This document shows, one piece after another, positions 26,567 to 35,646 of a DNA stretch of 64,000 nucleotides. Origin of the DNA: Bacteroidota bacterium (GTDB taxonomy: Bacteria; Bacteroidota; Bacteroidia; NS11-12g; UBA955); the NCBI GenBank assembly GCA_027488835.1, contig JAIYAW010000001.1, forward strand, positions 236,254 through 300,253. Direction: 5' to 3'. A program made the translations under genes and the position numbers. Position 1 is the first letter of the stretch. Every line of letters starts with the position of its first letter. Under the pieces are notes generated by a model. It was given only the letters and a program-made list of their open reading frames with translations, searched no databases and was not told the DNA's origin.

Positions 26567-29122
26567 ATGAGGATACTCTTTTTAATATTGTGTTTAAGTA
26601 TTGCAGGTTTGGGTTATTCTCAGATAAACGATAGTGCCTTCCAAAGCGCACCCTCAGTTGAGTATAATTTTATTGAACCAGCGGTTTATAAAATAAAAAG
26701 TATTCAAGTTGCAGAAGTAAATGGCAAACAAGTTCAAAAAGCCATGGTTATTTTATACTCTGGTTTGTCAATTGGTCAGGAAATTAAAGTTCCGGGAAAT
26801 GATATCTCAAAAGCAATTGAAAATATTTGGCGTCAAGATTATTTTAGTGATGTTCAAGTCTATTTCCAAACAGTTGGTGGAAACAATGTAATTGTGCAGT
26901 TTATTGTGCAAGAACAACCCCGTTTGAATGGACATCGATTCAACAATATATCGAATTCACAGTCAAAAACTTTAAAAGATGAAATTGGATTAAAAAGGGG
27001 AATGTATATTACTCCTAATTTGGTGAATCGATCGGTGCAAAAGATTGAAAAGTTTTATCAAGACAAAGGTTTTTACAACGTTGGTGTAAAGGTTGTTCGT
27101 TTGCCAGCCAAAAACAAAGATGGAAAGCCGATGTTAGGGTTTGAGAACTTTGATTTTGAAATTACAAAGGGGCCAAAAGTAAAGGTTTATGATTTTGATT
27201 TTGATGGAAATTTTGCTTTAACGGATAAAGATCTTCGCGCATCTATCAAAAAAATTAAACGTTCTTATCTAAAATGGAACATTTTTGGAAGTTCTAAATT
27301 CACAGAATCTCAATTCGAAGAAGAAAAGTCAAACCTTATTCAACAGTATCATGCAAAAGGTTATCGAGATGCGAGAATTTTATCGGACAGTATTTCAATG
27401 TTCCGAAATGATAGAATTATTGTTCACATAAAATTAGTTGAGGGAAATTTATATCGATTTAGAAATATTGCTTGGAAAGGAAATGTAAAGTATAGAACTA
27501 CGTTGTTAGATACCTTGCTTGGAATAAAAAAGGGTGATATTTTTAATCAATCGCTTTTAGATGAGCGTTTGTTTAGCAATCCAGGCGGATTTGATATTCA
27601 AAGTTTGTATATGGATGCCGGTTATTTGTTCTTTAACATGATGCCGGTTGAAGTGGGTGTGTCTAATGATAGCATTGACATGGAAGTGCGAATATCTGAG
27701 GGACCTCAAGCAATAATTGGACATGTAACTTGGTCTGGAAATACAAAAACAACTGACAGGGTTATTTTAAGAGAGCTACGCACAAAACCAGGAAATACTT
27801 TCTCGAGGACGGATATTCAGCGTACTATGCGCGATTTGGCCGCAATTGGTTTGTTTGATCCAGAACAGATGAAAGTAGATCCTAAACCCAATGCATCGGA
27901 TGGTACGGTAGATATTGCCTATAAGTTGGTAGAAAAACCTTCAGATCAAATTGAATTGTCAGGTGGTTGGGGTGGTAATGGTTTCAGCACCACACCTACT
28001 TTGATAGGAACTGCCGGAGTTGTTCTAAATAACTTCAGTGCTAGAAAATTATTTCATCCCAAATTATGGAACCCAGTTCCAGTGGGTGACGGACAAAAAT
28101 TATCTTTAAGAGCGCAAAGTAATGGTGCCAATTATCAAGGTTATACATTCTCGTTCACAGAGCCCTGGTTGGGTGGACATAAACCAAATTCATTTTCGGT
28201 TTCAATCTTCCATACGGTAAATAGCTTTGATTTTCGTCAAGCCTCTGATCCATTGCGTAAAGCATTTTTCAATACCGGGATGAATGTGAGTTTGGGTAAA
28301 CGTTTGAAATGGCCAGATGATTTCTTTAATATTCAGTATTTGTTGAGTTTCCAGCAATACAGAATGCAAAATATGGATGGTGCTTTCTATGGCTTTCCAA
28401 CAGGTTTTCAGGGAATTTCTTATAACCCATCATTGCAAATTACATTGTCAAGAAACTCCGTAAGTGACCCAATTTACCCAACTTCAGGAAGTAATTTTAC
28501 CACATCGATACAAGCAACGCCTCCATTAAGTTTCTTTAATAATAAAGATTATACCTCAATGGCGTTGACAGAAAAGTATAAATGGGCTGAGTTCTATAAA
28601 TTCAAGTTTGATGCAGAGTGGTATACCCCAATTTATAAGAAATTGGTTTTAATGTGTAAAACTAGATTCGGTTTTTTAGGTTATTATAATCCTAAAATTG
28701 GACCAACTTTCTTTGAAAGATTTCAAGTAGGTGGTGCTGGTATTTTTGGATTCAATATTGCCGCAACTGAAATCATTTCACAACGTGGTTACGACAATTA
28801 CACCATTTCACAAACTGCGATGGGTAGTTCAGCGGGTGCTCCAATTTTCAATAAATTCACCATGGAGTTGCGTCAAGCTATTACAACGGGTCAAACTGCC
28901 ACTGTATATGCGTTGGCTTTCATTGAAGCAGGCGATGCTTGGTCAGGTATTGAAAAATATAATCCGTTCCAATTAAAGCGTTCTGCAGGAGTTGGTATTC
29001 GATTGTTCATGCCAATGTTTGGACTTATCGGATTAGATTACGCATGGGGCTTCGATTATAGAGATGTTCCGAAGAGCGGTCAACCAACCCAACTTCACTT
29101 CTTTATTGGACAGCAGTTTTAA
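26567..29122 (+). CDS. bamA: Outer membrane protein assembly factor BamA (Omp85)
   Basis: 851 aa; signal peptide, POTRA-like repeats and a C-terminal Omp85 barrel ending ...HFFIGQQF. Confidence 0.85.
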   Translation: MRILFLILCLSIAGLGYSQINDSAFQSAPSVEYNFIEPAVYKIKSIQVAEVNGKQVQKAMVILYSGLSIGQEIKVPGNDISKAIENIWRQDYFSDVQVYFQTVGGNNVIVQFIVQEQPRLNGHRFNNISNSQSKTLKDEIGLKRGMYITPNLVNRSVQKIEKFYQDKGFYNVGVKVVRLPAKNKDGKPMLGFENFDFEITKGPKVKVYDFDFDGNFALTDKDLRASIKKIKRSYLKWNIFGSSKFTESQFEEEKSNLIQQYHAKGYRDARILSDSISMFRNDRIIVHIKLVEGNLYRFRNIAWKGNVKYRTTLLDTLLGIKKGDIFNQSLLDERLFSNPGGFDIQSLYMDAGYLFFNMMPVEVGVSNDSIDMEVRISEGPQAIIGHVTWSGNTKTTDRVILRELRTKPGNTFSRTDIQRTMRDLAAIGLFDPEQMKVDPKPNASDGTVDIAYKLVEKPSDQIELSGGWGGNGFSTTPTLIGTAGVVLNNFSARKLFHPKLWNPVPVGDGQKLSLRAQSNGANYQGYTFSFTEPWLGGHKPNSFSVSIFHTVNSFDFRQASDPLRKAFFNTGMNVSLGKRLKWPDDFFNIQYLLSFQQYRMQNMDGAFYGFPTGFQGISYNPSLQITLSRNSVSDPIYPTSGSNFTTSIQATPPLSFFNNKDYTSMALTEKYKWAEFYKFKFDAEWYTPIYKKLVLMCKTRFGFLGYYNPKIGPTFFERFQVGGAGIFGFNIAATEIISQRGYDNYTISQTAMGSSAGAPIFNKFTMELRQAITTGQTATVYALAFIEAGDAWSGIEKYNPFQLKRSAGVGIRLFMPMFGLIGLDYAWGFDYRDVPKSGQPTQLHFFIGQQF

Positions 29123-29142
29123 TTTGATAACAACTTAATCAT

Positions 29143-29178
29143 AAAAAAATCCCTCAAGGTTATTGAGGGATTTTTTTG
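29143..29178. terminator. Bidirectional rho-independent terminator between bamA (+) and the ALDH gene (-)
   Basis: AAAAAAATCCCTCAAGGTTATTGAGGGATTTTTTTG: a perfect 9-bp GC-containing stem (ATCCCTCAA/TTGAGGGAT), a 5-nt loop, an A-tract 5' and a T-tract 3'. Confidence 0.8.
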
Positions 29179-29198
29179 TTTATCAATATATTTAATTC

Positions 29199-30734
29199 TT
29201 ATAAATCGAATTTTATGCCCTGTGCCAATGGCAAGGTTTTTCCGTAGTTAATGGTATTGGTTTGACGTCGCATGTATGCTTTCCATGCGTCTGAACCGCT
29301 TTCGCGGCCACCGCCAGTTTCCTTTTCGCCGCCAAATGCACCGCCAATTTCTGCTCCTGATGTTCCAATATTTACATTGGCTATACCACAATCTGAACCC
29401 AATGCCGACAAGAATGTTTCAGCTTCTTGAAGATTGTCGGTGAAAATTGCGCTCGATAATCCTTGTTTGACACCGTTTTGAATTGCAATGGCCTCTTCAA
29501 GTGTTGAATATTTTAGTAAGTATAAAATGGGTGCAAATGTTTCATCCTGAATAATCTGATATTGTGGTTCGCCTTCACAAATGGTAGGTGCAACATAACA
29601 TCCAGACTCAAACCCATGTCCCTCAAAAACATGATTTCCACACAATACATTACCACCTTCGATTTGCAGTTTGTTAATCGCATTTAAATAGTTGGTAACG
29701 GCATCTTTGTCAATCAATGGACCCACATGGTTGTTCGCATCTAAAGGATTTCCAATGCGTAATTGTCCATAGGCCTTCACCAATTTTTCTTTGAATGCTT
29801 CATAAATAGATTCTTGAATAATCAATCTTCTTGTGGTGGTACAACGCTGACCAGCTGTGCCAACAGCACCAAACAACACCGCAATTAGGGTAATATCCAA
29901 ATTGGCTTGCTCAGAAACAATGATGGCATTGTTGCCACCCAATTCCAATATGGTTTTACCCAATCTGGCACCAACTACTTCACCCACTTTTTTGCCCATT
30001 CTCGAACTTCCTGTAGCACTAATCAAGGCAATATTGTGGTCTTTGGTTAACCATTCTCCCACTTTACTTCCCCCTTGGATAACGCAAAATAATCCCTCAG
30101 GAATTTGATTTTCTTTTAGTACATCTGCTAAAATATTTTGCACAGCTTGCGCTGTTGCTGGAGTTTTTTCACTCGGTTTCCAAATAGAAGCATTTCCACA
30201 AATGGCAGCAATCATTGCATTCCAACTCCAAACGGCCACAGGGAAGTTGAAAGCAGAAATAATTCCAACAATTCCCACAGGATGCCACTGTTCGTACATT
30301 CTGTGGTTAGGACGTTCACTGTGCATTGTTAATCCATATAATTGACGGCTCATACCCACAGCAAAGTCGCAGATATCGATCATTTCTTGAACCTCGCCTA
30401 AGCCTTCTTGAAGGCTTTTGCCCATTTCATAACTCACCAACGAACCCAAACTTTCTTTGTTTTTTCTGAGTGCATCGCCAATTTGACGAACAACTTCGCC
30501 ACGTTTTGGAGCAGGCCATTGACGCCAAATTTTTTGGGCTTCAAGTGCTTTAGAAACAACTCTGTTATAAGTATCTAAATCACATTCCGTTACATTGGTT
30601 ATGATTTGATTGTCGACAGGACTAAAATCAACATGCGATGCCGTATCGTTGCAAATAATATGATTTAAACCGGTGCTCGCACTCGGAATGTTTTCATGAA
30701 TTTGTAATTGGGTTAGAAAAGATTGTTTTGTCAT
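29199..30734 (-). CDS. pcd: ALDH7-family aldehyde dehydrogenase (alpha-aminoadipic semialdehyde / piperideine-6-carboxylate dehydrogenase)
   Basis: Near-colinear with antiquitin (ALDH7A1) blocks: VSYEMGK, AFNFPVAVWSWN, catalytic ELGGNNA, GTAGQRCTT, ETFAPILY, GGAFGGEKETGGGRESGSDAWKAYMRR. Confidence 0.8.
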   Translation of the reverse strand: MTKQSFLTQLQIHENIPSASTGLNHIICNDTASHVDFSPVDNQIITNVTECDLDTYNRVVSKALEAQKIWRQWPAPKRGEVVRQIGDALRKNKESLGSLVSYEMGKSLQEGLGEVQEMIDICDFAVGMSRQLYGLTMHSERPNHRMYEQWHPVGIVGIISAFNFPVAVWSWNAMIAAICGNASIWKPSEKTPATAQAVQNILADVLKENQIPEGLFCVIQGGSKVGEWLTKDHNIALISATGSSRMGKKVGEVVGARLGKTILELGGNNAIIVSEQANLDITLIAVLFGAVGTAGQRCTTTRRLIIQESIYEAFKEKLVKAYGQLRIGNPLDANNHVGPLIDKDAVTNYLNAINKLQIEGGNVLCGNHVFEGHGFESGCYVAPTICEGEPQYQIIQDETFAPILYLLKYSTLEEAIAIQNGVKQGLSSAIFTDNLQEAETFLSALGSDCGIANVNIGTSGAEIGGAFGGEKETGGGRESGSDAWKAYMRRQTNTINYGKTLPLAQGIKFDL

Positions 30735-30785
30735 GGCAACACAAAAATAGGTTGCACATTTAACAATTTAGCACGAAAGTATTAT

Positions 30786-31733
30786 TTATTGTTCTTTTCG
30801 CATGATCAAATAGACGGCTCCCAAAAGGAATCCCAATCCAATAAAAATGTTCCACGATAATACTTCTTGGTCCATTAATCCCCACATGACTGCGGTTACA
30901 GGTATCACAAATGTGTTGGTAGAAGCCACCAATGCCGATGTGTGCAATATGAGATAATTAAAGAGTACCATGCTCACAGCGCTTCCCACAAAACCCAAAA
31001 TGAGTAGGTATTTAAAGCTCGACCAAACAACGTCTGGTTTGTTTACCCAAACACTGGAAATGTCTGATTTCCAAATGATAAAAATATAAATTATAGCTAT
31101 AAATACAAAGGGATAAGCGGTTTTGACCATTGAGGGTAAATGACTTAATTTATGCTTGATAATGTTAATGTTATAACCATACATAATTGCAGCAACTAAT
31201 GGTAAACATGCTCCTATTGGGTCCATTTTAAATCCTCCCTTAAATAGACTTGGTCCAAAAAGAAAGAATGCACCTATTAGCCCTGCAACCACGCCCCAAA
31301 TTCCATTTTTAGTGAGTTTGTCTTTGAAAAACCAAATACCCAAAAGCAATGTAAACATAGGAGTAAATGCATTTAAGATGCCACTTAATCCTGAAGGAAT
31401 TCTTTGTCCCGCCATTGCAAAAAGATAGGCAGGAATTGCATTTCCAATAACACCACTTAAAAACAAGAAAAAGTAATCTTTTGGTTGAACCACCAGTACT
31501 TTTGAATGTTGGTTTGGGTGTAAATGTTCATTGATAAAAGGTTTGTGATAAGGTTTAAAAACGCTGTATTTTAAGAACCAAGGCAACAAAAACGCCCCGG
31601 CCATTGAAAGGCGTAAACCTGCTACTTGAATTGGACTAAATGCTTCAAGTCCACGTTTAATCATAATAAATGAGCTACCCCAAATACAACCTAAGACAAT
31701 AATTAAGAAAACGGGCAACCATTTATACTTCAC
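30786..31733 (-). CDS. DMT-superfamily (EamA-like) transporter
   Basis: Ten predicted TM helices in two EamA-like repeats. The track start is GTG. Confidence 0.65.
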   Translation of the reverse strand: MKYKWLPVFLIIVLGCIWGSSFIMIKRGLEAFSPIQVAGLRLSMAGAFLLPWFLKYSVFKPYHKPFINEHLHPNQHSKVLVVQPKDYFFLFLSGVIGNAIPAYLFAMAGQRIPSGLSGILNAFTPMFTLLLGIWFFKDKLTKNGIWGVVAGLIGAFFLFGPSLFKGGFKMDPIGACLPLVAAIMYGYNINIIKHKLSHLPSMVKTAYPFVFIAIIYIFIIWKSDISSVWVNKPDVVWSSFKYLLILGFVGSAVSMVLFNYLILHTSALVASTNTFVIPVTAVMWGLMDQEVLSWNIFIGLGFLLGAVYLIMRKEQ

Positions 31734-31800
31734 CGTACAAATTAAGTGCTTTTTATTGGCGCATTAAAATGTGTCCCCAAAATTTCCGTACTTTGTAATT

Positions 31801-33723
31801 ATGCGAATGAAAATTATTGCAATTTTGTGTTTTCTGCAAATCGGAAATTTATTCTCTCAAGTAAATGAGGATTTGATATGTGCCGAAAAAAATAGAATTA
31901 TCAATCGCATTGAAAAACGCGGCATATCAAACATACACCATGGGTTTGAAATTAATTATCACCGTTGTCATTGGTATTTAAACCCAATAAAGAATGCCTA
32001 TTTGAAAGGAAGGGTATTGTTTCAATTTAGGGTTGTTGAAAACAAAGATTCTCTAGGGTTTGATATGATTTCTGGGCTTAAAATTAACGCAATTACATAC
32101 CGCGGAACTAACATGGATTACAGCCGGCATGGCGATGCTGTATATGTGAAAAAAGCGGGCGGTTGGAAGTTTAATGACCAAGATTCTTTTGAAGTTGATT
32201 ATGAGGGATATCCTGCAAACAACAACGGTTTTGGTGCATTTATTTACGACAATCATAAAACAGGACCCGTAATTCATACCTTAAGTGAGCCTTACGGCGC
32301 ATTGTCGTGGTGGCCTTGTAAACAAACATTGCACGATAAAATTGATTCGATAGACATTTATGTGCACACCGATAAAAGCTTAAAGGCAGGTTCTAATGGA
32401 TTACTGGTTGAAACAATCAAAGAAGGCGATACCAATCATGTCTATCATTGGAAACATAGATATCCAATTGTTACTTACCTAGTGGCAATTGTTGTTACAA
32501 ATTACGACGAGTTTACTCATTACGCGCATTTAGTTGGTAGGACAGATTCATTGCCTGTATTGAATTACGTTTTTCCTCAATTTACTGCATCGGCTTATAA
32601 AGAAATTCAACAGGTCTTGCCGATGATGCGATTATTTGATAGCTTGTTTGTGCGTTATCCTTTTATAAAAGAAAAGTATGGACATGCCCAGTTTACATGG
32701 GGAGGTGGCATGGAGCACCAAACCATGAGCTTCATGGTGAATTTCAGTTTCGATTTAATGGCTCATGAATTGGCCCACCAATGGTTTGGTGATATGGTTA
32801 CTTGTGGCACTTGGCGAGACTTATGGCTAAACGAAGGTTTTGCAACCTACTTAACTTGTTTGGCGTTTGAATATTTGAAAGGACCTGAGTCTGCCAAGGA
32901 CAGATTAAGGGGAATGAGGAACGACATTACAGGAGATCCGAACGGGGCAGTTTGTCCTGCGGATACTTCAAAGGTTAACGTGCTTTTTAACGGCAGATTA
33001 ACCTATAACAAAGGCGCATGGATTTTACATCAGTTGAGAAATACAATTGGCGATAGTGCGTTTTATGCAGGATGTAGAAACTATTTAAGTGGCGCAAACG
33101 CATATGGTTTTGGAAATACAGTTGGGCTTAAAAATTATATGGAGCAGGCTTCAGGAAAGAATTTGGCTGTTTATTTTCAACGGTGGTTTTATGGTGAAGG
33201 ATTCCCCTATTTGAAAATCAACTGGAAACAAAGGGGAAGCAAAGTTTCGGTTTCGGTAGAACAAACACCTTCTAATATGACGGTGCCAATATGGTATGTG
33301 AAAGTTCCGATGTTGTTTAAAAATAAGTCTGAAAGCAAATTATTTGTTTGGGAACCTCAAAATTTGAAAGAGAATTATGAAATTGAGTTGCCATTTTCTG
33401 CCGACACTGCAATATTTGACCCAAATGTGACAGTGCTTGCTAAAGCGAGTGTGGCGGGTATTAATGTAGACCTTGTTCAACCTGAAGAAATTGTAATTGC
33501 ACCTAACCCTGGAACGGATATGGCATCGGTATTTTGCAGGAATTCGAACATGTCAAAAATACAAGTATTTAATAGTTTGGGGCAAAATATTTTTAGTGTT
33601 GATTATGGTAGTCAAGGGCAAAAATTTGTTGACCTAAACACCTCAAAATGGTCCACGGGTACCTATATTATTAGGATTTATGCAGGAAATTTACTATATT
33701 CGAAGAAATGGATAAAGTTTTGA
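31801..33723 (+). CDS. M1-family zinc metallopeptidase (aminopeptidase N-like) with a T9SS C-terminal sorting domain
   Basis: Signal peptide from ATG 31801 (MRMKIIAILCFLQIGNLFSQ); HEXXH...E motif (MAHELAHQWFGD...LWLNEGFATY); a C-terminal approx. 80-aa T9SS CTD (KIQVFNSLGQNIF...GTYIIRIY...KKWIKF). Confidence 0.75.
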   Translation: MRMKIIAILCFLQIGNLFSQVNEDLICAEKNRIINRIEKRGISNIHHGFEINYHRCHWYLNPIKNAYLKGRVLFQFRVVENKDSLGFDMISGLKINAITYRGTNMDYSRHGDAVYVKKAGGWKFNDQDSFEVDYEGYPANNNGFGAFIYDNHKTGPVIHTLSEPYGALSWWPCKQTLHDKIDSIDIYVHTDKSLKAGSNGLLVETIKEGDTNHVYHWKHRYPIVTYLVAIVVTNYDEFTHYAHLVGRTDSLPVLNYVFPQFTASAYKEIQQVLPMMRLFDSLFVRYPFIKEKYGHAQFTWGGGMEHQTMSFMVNFSFDLMAHELAHQWFGDMVTCGTWRDLWLNEGFATYLTCLAFEYLKGPESAKDRLRGMRNDITGDPNGAVCPADTSKVNVLFNGRLTYNKGAWILHQLRNTIGDSAFYAGCRNYLSGANAYGFGNTVGLKNYMEQASGKNLAVYFQRWFYGEGFPYLKINWKQRGSKVSVSVEQTPSNMTVPIWYVKVPMLFKNKSESKLFVWEPQNLKENYEIELPFSADTAIFDPNVTVLAKASVAGINVDLVQPEEIVIAPNPGTDMASVFCRNSNMSKIQVFNSLGQNIFSVDYGSQGQKFVDLNTSKWSTGTYIIRIYAGNLLYSKKWIKF

Positions 33724-34490
33724 AATCAGTTTTGTTCTTTTCGGTGATTGCAATTGTCGCTTTTTTAGTTTCTTGTGAAACCGAAAAAAAGCCGCCGGTT
33801 ACTACCATCCCAAGCAATGGCGTGGTACTGAATTTTGTTGGTTTAATCAATGGAGATAACATGGCAGGCAACACAAAAATGGCTGGCAAATTTGGTGGTG
33901 AATTATTTTCGGTTACCAATTGGTCAATTTTGGTTTCACATTTGGCATTGGTTAAGGAAAATGGAGATACTGTTCAACTTGGTGATGGTTACCAATGGGT
34001 AAATTTTACAGATGGGCGTACTTCATTTCAATATTTGAATATACCAGAGGGAGATTATAAAGGTATTTCATTTATGTTAGGTTTAGATTCATTAATTAAC
34101 CATGGAGATCCAAATAAATGGCCTGCAAATCATCCGTTAAATGCTTTCACAACGGGTTTGCATTGGGGTTGGTCTGGAGGTTATATTTTCCAAGCGTTAG
34201 ATGGAAACTACGCCAAAGATTCTATTACTTCTTCAACCAATGGATTTAGCTTCCATGCAGCAACAGACCAAATGAAAACAATGTTTAATTTGCCTTTCAA
34301 TTATACAATTGATAAAACTGTTAAAACTGCAACCATTGAATGTGCTTTAGAAAAGATGTTTGCATCGCCAAATCCAATATTATTAAAAAACACAGCTGTG
34401 AGTCACTCAGAGAGCCCTGCCGAAATCATTTTGATGAAGGCAATTTTAGAAAATGCACAAAACGTTTATAAAATTGTTAAAGTTCAATAA
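33708..34490 (+). CDS. MbnP-like periplasmic lipoprotein (putative copper-binding partner of MbnH-type peroxidase)
   Basis: Lipobox LVSC, 260 aa, His/Trp-rich core (HWGWSGGY). It overlaps the M1 peptidase 3' end by 16 nt and sits 17 nt upstream of a di-haem peroxidase. The assignment rests on context and size, not on a verified motif. Confidence 0.45.
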   Translation: MDKVLKSVLFFSVIAIVAFLVSCETEKKPPVTTIPSNGVVLNFVGLINGDNMAGNTKMAGKFGGELFSVTNWSILVSHLALVKENGDTVQLGDGYQWVNFTDGRTSFQYLNIPEGDYKGISFMLGLDSLINHGDPNKWPANHPLNAFTTGLHWGWSGGYIFQALDGNYAKDSITSSTNGFSFHAATDQMKTMFNLPFNYTIDKTVKTATIECALEKMFASPNPILLKNTAVSHSESPAEIILMKAILENAQNVYKIVKVQ

Positions 34491-34506
34491 TTTATAAATA
34501 AAGGTT

Positions 34507-35646
34507 ATGAAACGGGTTGGATTAAAAATCGCATGTGCATCCTTATTTGCTGTTGTCTTGTTTTTTGCATCATGCAAGAAGGAAGACGAAAATGCAAAAC
34601 ACAATCCTACCAGTACATATGTCCCTAAAAATATTGACCCATTTTCAATATTTCCTGCGGAATTAGGAATGCCGTCTTTACCTTCCGACAATCTATTAAC
34701 CGTTGAAGGTGTTTATTTGGGAAGGATGCTGTTTTACGATCCCATTTTATCCTACGATAGCAGTATCAGTTGTGCCTCCTGCCATAAGCAAGAATTCGCG
34801 TTTAGTGATCCTGTTGCTCTTTCATCTGGAGCGTTTGGTTTAAAAGCACAACGAAATACACCTTCCTTGTTTAATATGGCGTATAGCAAACATTTCTTTT
34901 GGGATGGAAGGATAAATAATTTGCGAGATTTGGTGTTTGAACCTATTCAGGCCCACAATGAAATGGCAATGACATTGCCAAAATTAGAAGGAAAACTTAG
35001 GAATGTAACGCGCTATATTGATTATTTTAACAAAGCTTTTGGGCACGCACCAAACCTTGTAGACATGTCGAAAGCTATTGAGCAGTTCATGTTAACAATT
35101 GTAAGTAATGGGTCTCGGTTTAATAGGTTTTTCCCTGGTGATAGTATTCAACTATTCAATATGTCTGAATTAAGGGGTGCTCAATTATTTAATGGCTTGG
35201 TGAATTTTAATCCTGTAACAAAGTTTACACCAGGAGCAGATTGTTTTCACTGCCATGGTGGAGAATTGGTTCAACAACAGAATATTAATATGGGTGGTCT
35301 CTCCAATAATGGATTAGATGAAGTGTTCACAGACTTGGGTTATGGCGGAATTGTTAATGATCCAAAGAAATATGGAATTTTTAAAGCCCCTTCCTTGTTG
35401 AATATCGCTTTGACAGCCCCTTATATGCACGATGGTAGATTCAAAACACTTGATGAGGTTATTGAACACTATTCAGATAAAATGAAATTTAATTCTCCGA
35501 ATATTCATACATTGATAAGTTCGCATGGGGGTATTCAATTAAATTTGACTGCTGAACAAAAGGCAAATTTAAAGGCATACTTAATGACGATGACCGACAA
35601 TAAGTTAATTACAAATCCTGCCTATGGCAATCCTTTTAAGAAGTAA
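34507..35646 (+). CDS. Di-haem cytochrome c peroxidase (CCP/MauG/MbnH family) lipoprotein
   Basis: Two haem c motifs (CASCH and CFHCH); a lipobox (FASC); a conserved MauG/CCP-like spacing of about 380 aa. Confidence 0.8.
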   Translation: MKRVGLKIACASLFAVVLFFASCKKEDENAKHNPTSTYVPKNIDPFSIFPAELGMPSLPSDNLLTVEGVYLGRMLFYDPILSYDSSISCASCHKQEFAFSDPVALSSGAFGLKAQRNTPSLFNMAYSKHFFWDGRINNLRDLVFEPIQAHNEMAMTLPKLEGKLRNVTRYIDYFNKAFGHAPNLVDMSKAIEQFMLTIVSNGSRFNRFFPGDSIQLFNMSELRGAQLFNGLVNFNPVTKFTPGADCFHCHGGELVQQQNINMGGLSNNGLDEVFTDLGYGGIVNDPKKYGIFKAPSLLNIALTAPYMHDGRFKTLDEVIEHYSDKMKFNSPNIHTLISSHGGIQLNLTAEQKANLKAYLMTMTDNKLITNPAYGNPFKK

